NCBI GenBank assembly: GCA_000002445.1
Contig: CP000068.1
Span: 576,001 to 640,000 of the forward strand
Length of the DNA stretch: 64,000 bases
Direction: 5' to 3'
From: Trypanosoma brucei
Lineage: Eukaryota
Shown: piece by piece, positions 1 through 11,800 of the stretch
Numbering within the stretch: position 1 is the stretch's first letter
How the letters are laid out: the number at the start of each line of letters is the position of its first letter
The notes under the pieces: model-generated
What the model was told of the DNA's origin: nothing
Database searches by the model: none
The model's input: only the letters and a program-made list of their open reading frames with translations
Program-made: the position numbers and the translations under genes

Positions 1-1
1 G

Positions 2-1795
2 AAAAGCCTCTCAGACATCATACCCATCACTCAGCGGGAGGCAGAGGAGTTAGGGAGAGAGCGACACTTCATCGAGAGGATACTCGGCAAGGCATCACGC
101 CTAAGCCAACGTAACGTGACAGTGAGGGAGGTTGAGGCTGACGAGGTAGCAATGGAGTTGATATTTCAAAGCGAGGATCTCTCTCAGGCGTACAAGTGTC
201 AAGTCTCACTTCTTGCTAAAGCATACCTTGAGGAGGTTGAGGCTGCGGCTGTTCGACGGGTTATCGAATTGTCTAGGGGCTCCCCTCGTGCGGATACTTT
301 ACAACATGCGCTGGCGGTACGTGAAGGTCGGCGGATGCAACTTTCAGAGAAGGCAGCAAACGAGATGAAGGCTGGGACTGCTATTCATAACGGTCCAATC
401 GACAGAGCCAACCCCCGTGGCGTGCCCCAGCCCTGGGCGCACCTGTGCCACCACGATCTAGTGGCAGATGGCAACGCACAAGCTATCGCTGCTGCTTGTA
501 GAGGTGCCCAGCATTTTGGCACGAAAATGTTTGCGTACATTTGTGAGCTGTCGAAACAGAAGGAGGAGAAGAATGAGTCAATTTTCAATAAGTACCCATT
601 CTTACCGCCGCTACCGTACGGTGTTCCTCTGTCGGACATAGAACTTTCCACCGACCTGGAGTTTAGGCAGTGTGCACTCAAGCTACGGGAGAATCCCAAC
701 GACGAAGGCAGTAAAGATGAGATGCGCTGTATTGTGTTACGACTTGCAAAGGTCCATGCGATCGACCGCGTTAACACGGCTCCCGAAGGGTTAAGAGGGC
801 TGTGGGATACAATTTTGCAACATCATCCTGTATCCGAGTGTGATAACGGGAGTGGCTTCTATGGCAACACTGCGGTTTGTGTTGATGAGGATCGTCTCCC
901 GCAGCTTACTGGCCCAACTGTTGCCGATGTGAGAGTACTGCGGGGATTGGGCGGTGGGTCTGCTTATAAGCAATTCATTGCCTGTTGCAGGAAAGACCTA
1001 CCCTGCGCGTTGAAACGGTGGGGCACGCAGCTGGCACTTGGTGGAGCTGATGCTTTTCACTTAAGCACAGAGGACCTCGGACTCATCAGGGGTTTCTATA
1101 ATGGCGCAGCAGGGGGCAGTGGCAAGTTGTTGAGCTACGGAAACTTCGAGGAGTTTTTGGTGCAAACTCTGGGAAGTCGTCCAGACGTAACATTAGCGGG
1201 GCTCAACCAGCTGCTCCAAACGACATTTGCAGCACTGAGTAGACCACATGTTGTAAAGTTTGATGACTTTACCCAGTTCCTTACGGCGCTTGCTGCTTGC
1301 GAGTATCTTGGTGGTGGCAACCCTCTTCCAGCAGTGAGACGGCGCCCTGCTGGGAAACTGGCCCCTCTGCTGGTAACACCTCCTCGTGCATCCGTGGCGA
1401 CGCGTTTCCCCGATTCGTCGAGACATCGCTTCGATTTAGTCCCACTCTGCCCAAGAGAAACACGGTTACAGCCTTTAAGGGTTAATAAGACAACTGACTC
1501 TCCTGTGCCTGTATCGGTCGCCTCTGAAACGACAGAGGTGACTACGTTTGCAGGTGATGGTGCACACGAGCGGCGGTGCAGCACCGGAGCTGGTGGTGCG
1601 TTCCGACGCGCCGCGCTGCAGCGGCCATCAACTGCTCAGTGGAGCGTTGTGCCGAGAGAACGTGTTCCGCAACACGCGTCACCGCCCTTGATGCCACGCA
1701 ACGCAGAGGTATGGACACCTGAGGTTACTGGAAAAAGCGGAAGTGAGTCTGTTACGCCTGAAAGCACATCGGAATCGGGAAATGAAGAGGCGTAA
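2..1795 (+). CDS. Hypothetical protein. The frame is open from the left window edge, so the gene may be 5'-truncated; otherwise it starts at the first in-frame ATG at 152.
   Basis: A 560-codon open frame (ORF track 116..1795, track start is GTG). No stop codon in this frame between position 2 and 116. Codon usage is typical of the other genes here. No recognisable domain. Confidence 0.6.
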   Translation, partial: KSLSDIIPITQREAEELGRERHFIERILGKASRLSQRNVTVREVEADEVAMELIFQSEDLSQAYKCQVSLLAKAYLEEVEAAAVRRVIELSRGSPRADTLQHALAVREGRRMQLSEKAANEMKAGTAIHNGPIDRANPRGVPQPWAHLCHHDLVADGNAQAIAAACRGAQHFGTKMFAYICELSKQKEEKNESIFNKYPFLPPLPYGVPLSDIELSTDLEFRQCALKLRENPNDEGSKDEMRCIVLRLAKVHAIDRVNTAPEGLRGLWDTILQHHPVSECDNGSGFYGNTAVCVDEDRLPQLTGPTVADVRVLRGLGGGSAYKQFIACCRKDLPCALKRWGTQLALGGADAFHLSTEDLGLIRGFYNGAAGGSGKLLSYGNFEEFLVQTLGSRPDVTLAGLNQLLQTTFAALSRPHVVKFDDFTQFLTALAACEYLGGGNPLPAVRRRPAGKLAPLLVTPPRASVATRFPDSSRHRFDLVPLCPRETRLQPLRVNKTTDSPVPVSVASETTEVTTFAGDGAHERRCSTGAGGAFRRAALQRPSTAQWSVVPRERVPQHASPPLMPRNAEVWTPEVTGKSGSESVTPESTSESGNEEA

Positions 1796-2528
1796 GGCAC
1801 AAGAGGGGTTATTATCTCCTCTTTCTGTTTTGTATGAGGCCCGTTGCGTCAAGAGGGACCGTGAGCTACGGGATCCCTCAGCGGGGGCTGTAGAGGGTGG
1901 AATTATGAGCTTGGCTGCGAGCAGCACTGGAGCTTCTGTACGTTCGTGTGGGAGGTGGGGTACGAAAAAAAGCAAAGGGGACCTTTACTGTTTATGGACG
2001 GGTGACATTATCTTTTGTTCATATTTTCCAAAGAATGAAAGGGGCGTTGTGTGACCAAGTGATACATATTTTTTGTGATTGCTTTAGTTTTGCTATCAGA
2101 TGCACTTCACGTTATGGATAGCAGATGTTTAAAACGACTATTGTGTGTATACATTTAGTGTTTACCTGCAAAAGCAGGAAATGGAATATTTGAAGGACGG
2201 ACGCTAGTGTATAATGTTTTTATGATCCGCCACAGTTGTGTGAATATCGTATTTTAAGTGTTTTTAATGTTTTTGCATGCTTTTTCTAGTGACTCAAAGG
2301 AGGTGGCACTTTCGCCGTGTTATACTTATCGAAAGCAACATGATGCATATGTACATATGTACTTGGTCAAATTAATAGTGCTAGTGAGGTTCTAACTCTG
2401 TCACTCGTTTCGATCTGTGACTATCCTTTTCTCCCATTTTATTTTACCTTATTTTTTATCATTATTGTTTGGGAAATATCAGATGTTATGGATAATCCAG
2501 TAGGGTAGGCTCACAAGGGAAAGGAAAG

Positions 2529-4058
2529 ATGCAATTCTCGACCTACATGACGAATATTGTTTCGGAGGTGAAGTCCTTTGGGAAGGCATATGTTGACTCG
2601 TTGGTGGCCCCCCAAGATGATGAAGATAATAAGAAGGAGCGTAGTGTTGGCGCAACCTTTGGGAGTGCAAGTGACGGCACTGATGTCGGCCATTCTTCGG
2701 TAGGCGCACTCGGGGATGTGCTCAGCAATTTAGTTTCAACCGCATCGCCTTCCGGTTCTCGTCTTATGGATGATAATGATGATGCTAACAGTGCCGGAGG
2801 CTTGAGTAAAATTGTAGAGCACGGGACTATGTGTAGTCATAACACCTGGGAGAGTAATTATTACAACGGCGCGGCGGTGTGGGAGCGCGGTACGGTAGAA
2901 CAGGGCTTCGCTGAGTGTGTGTCAGACGGCTCCGTCCATCCGTCACCCCTTGTTTTCAAGACGTCGCCAGAGACCACCGAAGCGCCATTAGTGGCATCGA
3001 CGACGAGCCTGCAGAAAAAAAATCTCAAGAGAGGAAATACGATCCGGTCTAAATTTGGTGCGGTGAAGCTGGTGTTGGACACTGCGCCCACATCTTCAAG
3101 TGCTGCTTTGACAGATACCGCTTCGGTTCCTCAAATCAGTCGGAGGCACGCGGAGGTGAATATGGTTAAGTTACCGCCCACACCATCGCCATGGGAAGAA
3201 AGGAGGGGCGCCGTGCTTCAACTCCTTAACCGCCACGCAAACAGGCGGTCGCTTCTGGTCCCATGGGCGCGCAATTTTTTGCGCAGCTTCGTTGACAGTG
3301 TGGCCAACCAGCTTCCGCCAGCTATCACGGAGAAGGGATTATCACTCGAAGCGGCACGACAATCAACGGAGCAGCTGCCGTTGGAAGGTTCATGGAACGA
3401 AATAGAGTCCTCGCTCAGGAAATGTTTGACACAAGCCATACCCATAGAGGTGTGGGGCCCTTGTGCCGGGAGCAGAGTGGAAGCTATTACCACTCCTCCC
3501 AAGTCGAGCCCGCTGTGCTCCTTTAACAATGCAGATTTGAGCCTATTGCTTCAGAGCTCGCTGCAGTCGCTACAGCAATGGCATCATCGCAGGCAGTTGT
3601 ATTCGGTGCTGGTATCTAAAAAGCAGGTGCAACGCCACCAGCGCCACTCACTGGATCATGCGGTGGAGCAGTGCATGATAGACATGTATTCCTCTTGTTT
3701 TTTTCCACACATACGTGTGGCGGCTGAGAGGGCGAAAGAATTACTGCAGCGTTGCGTTCCTCAACATGAGGAGGTAAAGGGACCAATGCAAGTCGCTACC
3801 CTCAATAATTCATTCGACCAGTGGGTAGCGAAGGTAATGTCACTTTTTTGTTCAGAGCTTACTGCTGCAGACGGCGAGTGGCAGCGCAGGGTCGACCACA
3901 CGGCGGGCGCAACTACATGCACCGCATCCGACAGTGAGGACGTTGTAGATGCTGCCGTAAGCGGTGTGGAAAGTGGAACGGCTGCGCTGTGGCTCATGTG
4001 TGAGGTGGCTGTGATGTCGTTGTTATTGGTTTGTACTCTTTTCTGTGAAGCTGAATAG
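2529..4058 (+). CDS. Hypothetical Ser/Thr-rich protein (509 aa)
   Basis: Long ORF with a true ATG at 2529, preceded by an AT/T-rich intergenic region. Same strand as its neighbours. No recognisable domain. Confidence 0.6.
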   Translation: MQFSTYMTNIVSEVKSFGKAYVDSLVAPQDDEDNKKERSVGATFGSASDGTDVGHSSVGALGDVLSNLVSTASPSGSRLMDDNDDANSAGGLSKIVEHGTMCSHNTWESNYYNGAAVWERGTVEQGFAECVSDGSVHPSPLVFKTSPETTEAPLVASTTSLQKKNLKRGNTIRSKFGAVKLVLDTAPTSSSAALTDTASVPQISRRHAEVNMVKLPPTPSPWEERRGAVLQLLNRHANRRSLLVPWARNFLRSFVDSVANQLPPAITEKGLSLEAARQSTEQLPLEGSWNEIESSLRKCLTQAIPIEVWGPCAGSRVEAITTPPKSSPLCSFNNADLSLLLQSSLQSLQQWHHRRQLYSVLVSKKQVQRHQRHSLDHAVEQCMIDMYSSCFFPHIRVAAERAKELLQRCVPQHEEVKGPMQVATLNNSFDQWVAKVMSLFCSELTAADGEWQRRVDHTAGATTCTASDSEDVVDAAVSGVESGTAALWLMCEVAVMSLLLVCTLFCEAE

Positions 4059-4366
4059 CAAATTGAAGAGTAGGTGCATAAATATTTGTCTGCTTTGTCC
4101 ATTGCTTTTGGTTTTGCTTTGCTTTGCTTTGCCATTAGCCACCCGTCCATAAATAAACACAAACCTTAACTTCAGTCCTTTGGTTCTATTTGAACCGTAT
4201 ACGTATACCTCGACATCGTTTCTTCAACTCTTTGTTTCTTCTCTTTCCTCCCCAATTCCATGTTTTTGGTTGAATGAACGTCCCTTTACTCAGGGTAGGC
4301 TACTCTGCAAAGCAGAGCAGGACATAGCTGCAGTCCCCGGTGGTTGCACCGGAGTTTACGTTTCGG

Positions 4367-7030
4367 ATGCTTTCATGTTTGCGTCAGATCCATCACAGGA
4401 AAAAAAAGGAACCATGCGTGCTTTCTACTGCCCCTGCAGAGGAGGGGGCGAATCTGTTGCGGCGCGCTGTGTACGACACGATTGTTTCCAGTGAACACCA
4501 TCATATTCAGACACTTCAGGAAAGTCAGAGAATAATAGAGAGTAGTGAGTTTGAAACACTCGAAGAGAAAAAAGCTATGCAGCGGATGGGAAGCTTCATG
4601 GTAAGCGTTGTCCAGAAGCATATGCAAGCGGTCACGTTTGAATCTACGCTTGCTGCAACCTGTCGTAAGCAGCAAAGACAGAAACCGCGAGGCGTGAGCA
4701 ATGTCATTATGGGAAGTGAGGAGGAGGTAGGGCAGCTGCTGCTCATGAACCGCACTATGGCGCTTGGTACAACATGTACGTTTCTAGAGGGCCTGATAAA
4801 TCACGACAAAGAACTCGCGTTGGCACCCATCTTATGTACGAGTGAAGAGCGCGAGGCAGAACCTGTCCGTCACCCCAGCGTGCAGGATCCGGTGCCTTTC
4901 CTTCGGCAGTCACATCCGGCGCTAGGGGCGATTTTGTTGGACACAGCAGAACAGGCGGTCGGTGCCACACAGAAAGACGGCAGAGAGCTCTCTATGACTC
5001 AAGGCTCCGGTACACTGAGCCAACTAGGTAATCGTTTCACTCAGTCGACTCTGACACAGCAGCGCGAAGGAGTTCTCAAACGGCGACGGCAAGACGACAA
5101 CAGCGACAACGACAACGACGGAAGTGTCACATCCTCGTGCAAGCGGAATCCCTCTTTTGTGGTCAGAATTGGCGAAGGGGTTTTGAAATCACGGAAACAA
5201 TGTGATCCCGACGTAGAAGGTACAGTTACTGGCAGCCTCCCTACCCCGGCGACCGACCAAACAAAACGACAGGAGACCCAGCGGTCTGAACAGAACAGAA
5301 TCGTTCAATCCCAGCGGTCCGCCACTTCATCACAACCGCATACCCAAAAAGGTCAACCGCTGCCGTCAGGTACCACCGACGAGAACAGCGCCCCCCGTCT
5401 GTCTCCTCTCACGGGAAGCACAGCAAAGGTTTCCGGGAGTCTGCAACGTTCTCAATTGGCCTCGGGCGAGGGAGAAGCAATTGAACGCGCGGAAAATTCG
5501 TCCACTGCCAATCGTAGGGGAGACCCTTGGACAGGTCGTCACAACGCTCACGGCAGCAGAGCTGGTAAAGGGGGCGACGAGGAAAATGAACGGGGACCTG
5601 GGAGCAGCGCCGGCGGCTTTGTTACTGCCTGTGAACAACTGAAAATGGACTTGAAGGCGGGGCGCGGGGTGCCACCTCAGTTTTCTATGGAGCGGCGAAA
5701 GCCGGCACCAGGCGTGCGATACCCGGGTTTCACACCACCGTTTCAGCGACAACCCGTGCGACCCAATGGTGATGTGCCGTCAGCTGACAAGGGAACTCAA
5801 GATTCTACTGGTGGCACTCCTCCTCCTCCTCCTCCGACAGGATCGGTAAGTTCCACCGTCAAAAGTAACAGATTGTCTCCGGCGCGGAGACTGAAGCAGC
5901 GCTCAAGAGCCTCCAGCTCCGACGATGACCGTAGCGATTTCCCCTCCTCTCTACTCCTGCCGGATGGCAGTATTCCTCCGATCCTCCAATCGCTGGATGC
6001 ACGTCTTGTAGCGCAAGTTGCTTCAGAAATCATTGAGCACAGCGGTGGTGGGGGTGGTGTTGGTTGGAATGCCATTGCAGGTCTTGAGCACGCCAAACGG
6101 AGCGTGGAGGAAGTGATTGTGTGGCCGCTGCAGCGACCGGAGTTTTTTGTCGGTCTTCGAGGTCCGCCGCGTGGGCTGCTGCTGTTTGGTCCACCAGGCA
6201 CGGGGAAGACGATGATTGCTCGCGCCATTGCGAACCGTGCACAGTGCACCTTCTTCAACATTAGCGCCTCTTCTGTGATGTCGAAATGGATGGGTGACGG
6301 TGAAAAGTTAGTTCGTTGCCTCTTTGCCGTTGCCGTGGTGAAGCAACCGAGTGTTATCTTCATTGATGAAATCGATTCCCTCCTCTCCATGCGTAGCGAG
6401 GGCGAAATGGACGCTGTGCGGCGCGTGAAGACCGAGTTTCTCGTGCAACTTGATGGTGTTGCCACGAACCAAGGGGACCGTGTCCTTCTCATTGGCGCCA
6501 CAAATAGGCCTGACGAATTGGATGAAGCAGCAAGGCGGCGGTTGGAAAAGCGGCTCTACATCCCCCTTCCCGACATCAATGCGCGCGCTCAGCTTATAAA
6601 GATGCTACTTGAACAGACAGGTACTAACTGTGGGCAGGCTGTTGGTCAAAGTGCGGAGAGCGCTGGAAAAGCCGCTTCTAGTGTGAGTGATATGGACGAG
6701 AAGAGCATCATGCATGTTGCCACGGCAACTGAAGGATACTCGGGTTCGGACATTAAACAATTGTGTTCTGAAGCGGCAATGTATGCGGTGCGTGAGCTTA
6801 AGGAGAAGCTGAAGGATCTCGAAATACGTGAGCTAAGGCCTATCCAAAGAAAGGACTTTGTTAGGGCGCTACGACGCTCTCGACCAAGTGTCGGGGCGGA
6901 TGAAGTTCGTCGTTATGTGGAATGGAATAAAAAGTTCGGCTCCTTTCCAACAGGAGTGATGGACGCGGATGAGGAGGAGGAGGAAGAGGACGAAGGTGAA
7001 GGTGAAGGTGAGGCAACCATCAAACGGTGA
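4367..7030 (+). CDS. AAA+ ATPase of the meiotic clade, fidgetin / fidgetin-like-1 type (katanin-spastin-fidgetin family), with a long low-complexity N-terminal extension
   Basis: The C-terminal ~300 aa contain Walker A (LLFGPPGTGKTMIARAIA) and Walker B (VIFIDEIDSLL). They also contain SASSVMSKWMGDGEKLVRCLFAVA, TEFLVQLDG, LLIGATNRPDELDEAARRRLEKRLYIPLP and a C-terminal helix, a pattern very close to fidgetin-like AAA domains. The track start at 4340 is GTG; the first in-frame ATG is at 4367. Confidence 0.85.
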   Translation: MLSCLRQIHHRKKKEPCVLSTAPAEEGANLLRRAVYDTIVSSEHHHIQTLQESQRIIESSEFETLEEKKAMQRMGSFMVSVVQKHMQAVTFESTLAATCRKQQRQKPRGVSNVIMGSEEEVGQLLLMNRTMALGTTCTFLEGLINHDKELALAPILCTSEEREAEPVRHPSVQDPVPFLRQSHPALGAILLDTAEQAVGATQKDGRELSMTQGSGTLSQLGNRFTQSTLTQQREGVLKRRRQDDNSDNDNDGSVTSSCKRNPSFVVRIGEGVLKSRKQCDPDVEGTVTGSLPTPATDQTKRQETQRSEQNRIVQSQRSATSSQPHTQKGQPLPSGTTDENSAPRLSPLTGSTAKVSGSLQRSQLASGEGEAIERAENSSTANRRGDPWTGRHNAHGSRAGKGGDEENERGPGSSAGGFVTACEQLKMDLKAGRGVPPQFSMERRKPAPGVRYPGFTPPFQRQPVRPNGDVPSADKGTQDSTGGTPPPPPPTGSVSSTVKSNRLSPARRLKQRSRASSSDDDRSDFPSSLLLPDGSIPPILQSLDARLVAQVASEIIEHSGGGGGVGWNAIAGLEHAKRSVEEVIVWPLQRPEFFVGLRGPPRGLLLFGPPGTGKTMIARAIANRAQCTFFNISASSVMSKWMGDGEKLVRCLFAVAVVKQPSVIFIDEIDSLLSMRSEGEMDAVRRVKTEFLVQLDGVATNQGDRVLLIGATNRPDELDEAARRRLEKRLYIPLPDINARAQLIKMLLEQTGTNCGQAVGQSAESAGKAASSVSDMDEKSIMHVATATEGYSGSDIKQLCSEAAMYAVRELKEKLKDLEIRELRPIQRKDFVRALRRSRPSVGADEVRRYVEWNKKFGSFPTGVMDADEEEEEEDEGEGEGEATIKR

Positions 7031-7504
7031 GCGAAGGGTAGACCGAGCATGAATTAGGCAGAATGGAGTAGTGGGTGCTTTGGTCTTTGCGTGTGTGAAA
7101 CAACGCGTTTGTGCGACGGTAAGCTGGGGAGGTGTAAATCATGGGAGGGGGGGATATCTTTCTCTTGTGCGTCAGTGCGGTATCTGCCCTCCATACTTCA
7201 CCATTTGTTCTGTTTTGCCATTGCCCACCTCCCTCGCGCGTTTGTTATCATCGTTTTGTACAAGCGTTGGCATCCAACCCTGATTAAAAATAACTCTTTC
7301 TTTTGTTGCTGCAAACTTTGTGACTAACTCGTGCCATTTCAGCTTTTCCATTTTTGTCGTGTTTTGTTGGAAGTTTACGAACAAGTAGAACCACCATATA
7401 TCATAAATATTGTATTGCTCTAAAGAGGGCGCTGAGTTACCCGCGAAAGGAAGCGAAGCGAAGAAAAAGTTCGAAAGAGGAAACAAAAGTAAGGGGGGGA
7501 AGAA

Positions 7505-7969
7505 ATGACAGACCGACCTCCGACACTCGCTGACTTCAAGGCCCCTTACCCTGAGCCGGGTCCCGACCAGACCTGCTGCATTATACTGCTCGAAGAGAAA
7601 CCAGATGAAGAGGAAAACTACCGAGTGGAGCTCATCCCAGGTCGTGTGATGGAGGATGGGTTGGCCACGGGTACGGTCTCCGGCGTGGTGAGGGAGGAGG
7701 TTATTCACGGCTGGGGATATAGCTACTACGTGGTAGAGATGGAGCCACTCGTAACCACGCGTAGATCAATCCGTTCTTTCCACCGACCGACTCGTTTCGT
7801 CCCCGTTCCGACCAAGCACTTCATTCGTTACAACAGCCAACTACCAGTGGTAGTGTATCTCCCCCATAATACGGAGCTGAGGTATCGCGTGTGGACACCC
7901 ATTGATATGCAGAAGGTGGAACCCACAGAACCGGAGGGTCTGCTCAAGATCGAGGAGAGGGCGGGTTAG
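7505..7969 (+). CDS. Small hypothetical protein (154 aa)
   Basis: ATG at 7505 after a purine-rich, G-run-containing intergenic stretch. Same strand as the cluster. Compact and non-repetitive sequence. Confidence 0.5.
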   Translation: MTDRPPTLADFKAPYPEPGPDQTCCIILLEEKPDEEENYRVELIPGRVMEDGLATGTVSGVVREEVIHGWGYSYYVVEMEPLVTTRRSIRSFHRPTRFVPVPTKHFIRYNSQLPVVVYLPHNTELRYRVWTPIDMQKVEPTEPEGLLKIEERAG

Positions 7970-8840
7970 CTACAGTTCGTATGGATTCGTACGTTGTGTT
8001 TGGAGTGAATGGCTTAATGTACTGAAGAGTAAGCGGCAAAGAGAAGAGCCTCTCCCCTGTGGAGGGGGAAGAGAATACCTTTGTCAATACCCGGGGTGTG
8101 TGTGTGTGGGGGGGGGGGTAATGTTGTTAGGTGCCACCTTTGGTGGTTGCGTGCCTGTGTGTCATGTATTATTTTTTTTCAGTTGCTCAACTCTCGCCTC
8201 GTAAGGACCGCACATGGAGCAAAGAAAATGAGACAAAACAAGGAGGCAAAGAGTGGAATGAGTGATATGTACTAGTGTGGCCGTCAGTGTGCGTGTAACA
8301 TACCGAGTATGTATATATATATATATATCAAGATACACATATATCTGTTGCCATATACCGGGCATACAAAATCTAAAGAATATATGTATGTATATATGCC
8401 TCGATCTCTCCTCTTCTCATCTGTAAACGCTCAACATCGCTCGCGCGGTCTTTTGTTGCCTTCCGCAGTGTACCCACGCGGACCTTGGCACACTGTACCA
8501 GGGGAAGAGGGAGGTACTTGGTGTAGCAAAAGCACCCTTTAGTAGTACGGAGCGGTGCTGTGTTGGTGTCTGCGGCGAAGGGGGGGAAGGATATAGGAGG
8601 CGTAAGAACTCCTTTTTCGTGTCCCCTTTCAAACAGTTCAACGCGCCACCACCACCAACACAGTCACTCACAGCGTCACCTCGCCTGTCTTAAATAACAT
8701 CGCGGGAGGTGTAAAAGCGACCCAGAACTTGTTTACCTCTAATTTTGGGTGGCGCAGGCATAAATATATATATATATATATTTATTTATATATAAACGGC
8801 AGTCAACGCCGGGCGAGTGGCCTGTCAAAACTTGCGGCGT

Positions 8841-11800
8841 ATGCGGAGTTCCGACTCACATGGTGATCCACGTGTGGCGGATATGTCATCGGAGGGCCCT
8901 GGCTCATCGGGAGGGTCATTACACTTTAGTGGAGTGACAGATATGTTGTTGGGTGGCCTTCAACGGAAGGAAACATCCGCGCCACTCCACCCAACAGATA
9001 TAGATGCAGCACAACCATGTTCGGTCGGTGCCGCATTCGACGCTGTTATGCAAAGTGCATCAGATGAATCTCGAAGCGCAGATATCAATAGTGAGAGAAC
9101 TCGTAAAGTCAAGTCTTCTCAGTTAGTTCAGGACAGTGTGTGTCCGGGCTTCGTCCAGTCGAACGGAGTCACGTCGAGCGCTCATTACTTGGGAGTGAAA
9201 TATCAAGGGGGGTTAGTGCAAGAGTTGCAACAAAGCGGCCGGTCCCAAGAGGAAATGGATTTGTCTTCGTGTGGTCCAAAAGGTATGGAGGGCCAATCCT
9301 TGTCGATGGTGATAGAGGTGTCGAAGCAACGAGAAGGAGTATGGGGTGAATTCGCGGAAATCACATCCTGCAGCGACGCCACACCCCGTCGTGCGTCACC
9401 TGCTGCACAAACCTCCAGTATTCAACCCACACACAGCAGCATATTTTATCCCTACGGATTAGAGCACCTACCACCGGTGCTTTTGCACTACGTGACGTTG
9501 GGCGGTTGGCGAACTGTGGCTGGTGGTTGGGATTACTTCAGCCACAGGCGACTAGGAGACGGGGAGGTCAGTGGTCACACAGTACGTTGGCTCCACAATG
9601 CACGGCCACGTGACCGTTTCGCTTTTATCATCAGTCCCGTGGAGCGCAGGGACAAAACATCGCGGGACACATTACGAAATAAGCTTCGCAAGTATTTCTT
9701 TGGTACGCCGCCTGCATTCGCGGACTGTGGAAGGCAGTCAACTTTTCGGTGTGTACCGAGGGCGGATTGTGAAGAGTCGATGGAAAACTCATCAGCGCTG
9801 CCGCCGCTGCCTTTGCGTGGGCTTTTTCAGAAGAAGATAGGAGGTGCCATGTCAGGCAGTTGTGCGTCTAGCAAAGCGGAGGATCACAGTACAGTCGGTG
9901 TAGAAGTAGTTGAGGTGAAGCATGAAGATGTGACTGCAATGGACTACAACCCGCGCCTGGTTTCCAGTCGCTTTGCTATTGAAGCCAAGGTGGTTAATGT
10001 ATACTTTTTTCCAACATTAGAAGGAGCATTGGAGTACTACAACTGCCCCGGTGATCAGTACCTGATGGATCAGCAGGAGCAACGCGGGATAACGAACGTT
10101 TTACCGTGTGTTGGGGTTAGGCGTCACAAATATGCTGGTTGCACGGGAAGCTGCACAGGCTTAAGCCCTGCGCGTAGCCATGCGTCAGTGAGCACTGCAG
10201 CAGCTCCTCCTGAGATGAGTGCGGGAGAAGGGCGGTGGATACATGCAACACGGCAAGAACCGAGTATGCGCTATGCGGAGCATTCTGCAGCGCTTGATGA
10301 TTGCGGCAGGTGCGACTGCCGACAGCAACAAAATACAACAAATGATTTTCCCCGGGACGACGGGTGGGTGGGGACGTCATTGACACCTCAATGTAGCTTC
10401 GGTACTCGACAAACGAGTCAGCAGACAGTTGTGACGAGCGTGCAAACCGATCCGACAGTCAGCACAGGGGAGGGGAACGTGCTGCATGAAAGCGCGGAGA
10501 AGTTCCACTTCCTTCCTCAAATTGCGCCTACCATTCGGTCTCGTTTAATGCCGGAACTAACCGCTGTGCATTTTGATACAATTGTCACGCTGTATTCGGA
10601 AGACCCAAACTTTAATGCTGTGCTGCGGGAGGTGCTGATGCCTGAGCCCGGGACGCATCCCTACACCGCGTCCCTTAGGGAGCAACGACGCATGCTTGCC
10701 ATGTATGAGTTGGGTATGCCGACGTGGACAGTGTTTCTAGCGTCTACAGGTCTGCCATACAGGCGGGCTCTGCGGTTGACATTTGTAGGTTTGGTAAATA
10801 TATGGCCCATCATTTCTCTGTTTGTTGGACTCTATGATCTTTACAAGCATTTGCCACAAATGAAGAGGTTTTTCTCCTCTACGTTTGAGCCACTTCTGAT
10901 TTGGCTAGAGGAGCATGTTACCGTGCGTGTTTCAATGATGATAACGTACACGGTGTCCGTTTGTGTTACCGTTGCGTCCGCACTCGTCAGTTTTCTGACT
11001 CAGTTCTACCCACTGGAAATTGCGTCCTACCCGTTGAGTATTATAGTTTTTCTGTTAAAGCATCCGTCGCGGCTGTTATTGGATACCCTGTTAGCGTTTG
11101 TTTCGATCGTGGCATCGCTCGTGAAGCTTTTGTGGATTACAGTAAAGATCCTTTTTGCTGGGCCGTTCTTATTGGTGTCGAACTTCGCTTCTTTAGAGAT
11201 TGGCTGCTTCGGTGTTGGTGGGGGCGGCGGCGCGGTTTTCCCCGCTGCTGTGGAGGGCACATCTCTCACGTTGAAGTGGTGGCGTGCTTGGCAGGAGTTT
11301 TGGGTTACTGTTGCCGCTCCCGTGAAGAACCTTGCAAAAGCATGGTACGACAGCATCGTGCACGTTTGTGTCAGCGCTACACGACGTGAGGCATCGATAC
11401 GCCGATGGTACACGGCAAAACTGCACGGTATCACGCTCCTCACGGAAGAAGTCCATGAGGCTGTCGAACCTTCCCTCGTGACGTTGTGGGGACGAACAAG
11501 GGTGTTTGTGATTCCGCTTGTTTGTTTGGTTTGCCTTCTGTATTGGTTCTTTCTACCGTACGTGAGCGCGCTTGTGAGGGAAGAGATCAGCGCACTTACA
11601 AATCTGATGAGTGGAAATATAGGAAGCACGCAGATGGAATATGGTGAAGGTACGGTAAGTATCCCTGGAAGAGCAGAGGAGAAGGCCCCGCTGGAAGTGG
11701 ATAAACGCGAGTGGTCGTCCATGTTTGAGCTGTCGCAGCTTTACAATGGCGATATCTACCATTTGGCTGTTGAGTGCTTAACTGAGTCGAACGCTGGTTG

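Noticed and set aside
4340-4342. GTG/TTG start codons used by the ORF track (116, 4340, 8817, 19987, 22332, 45052)
   Set aside because: This is an artefact of a bacterial-style ORF caller. This eukaryote starts translation at ATG, so starts were moved to the first in-frame ATG.
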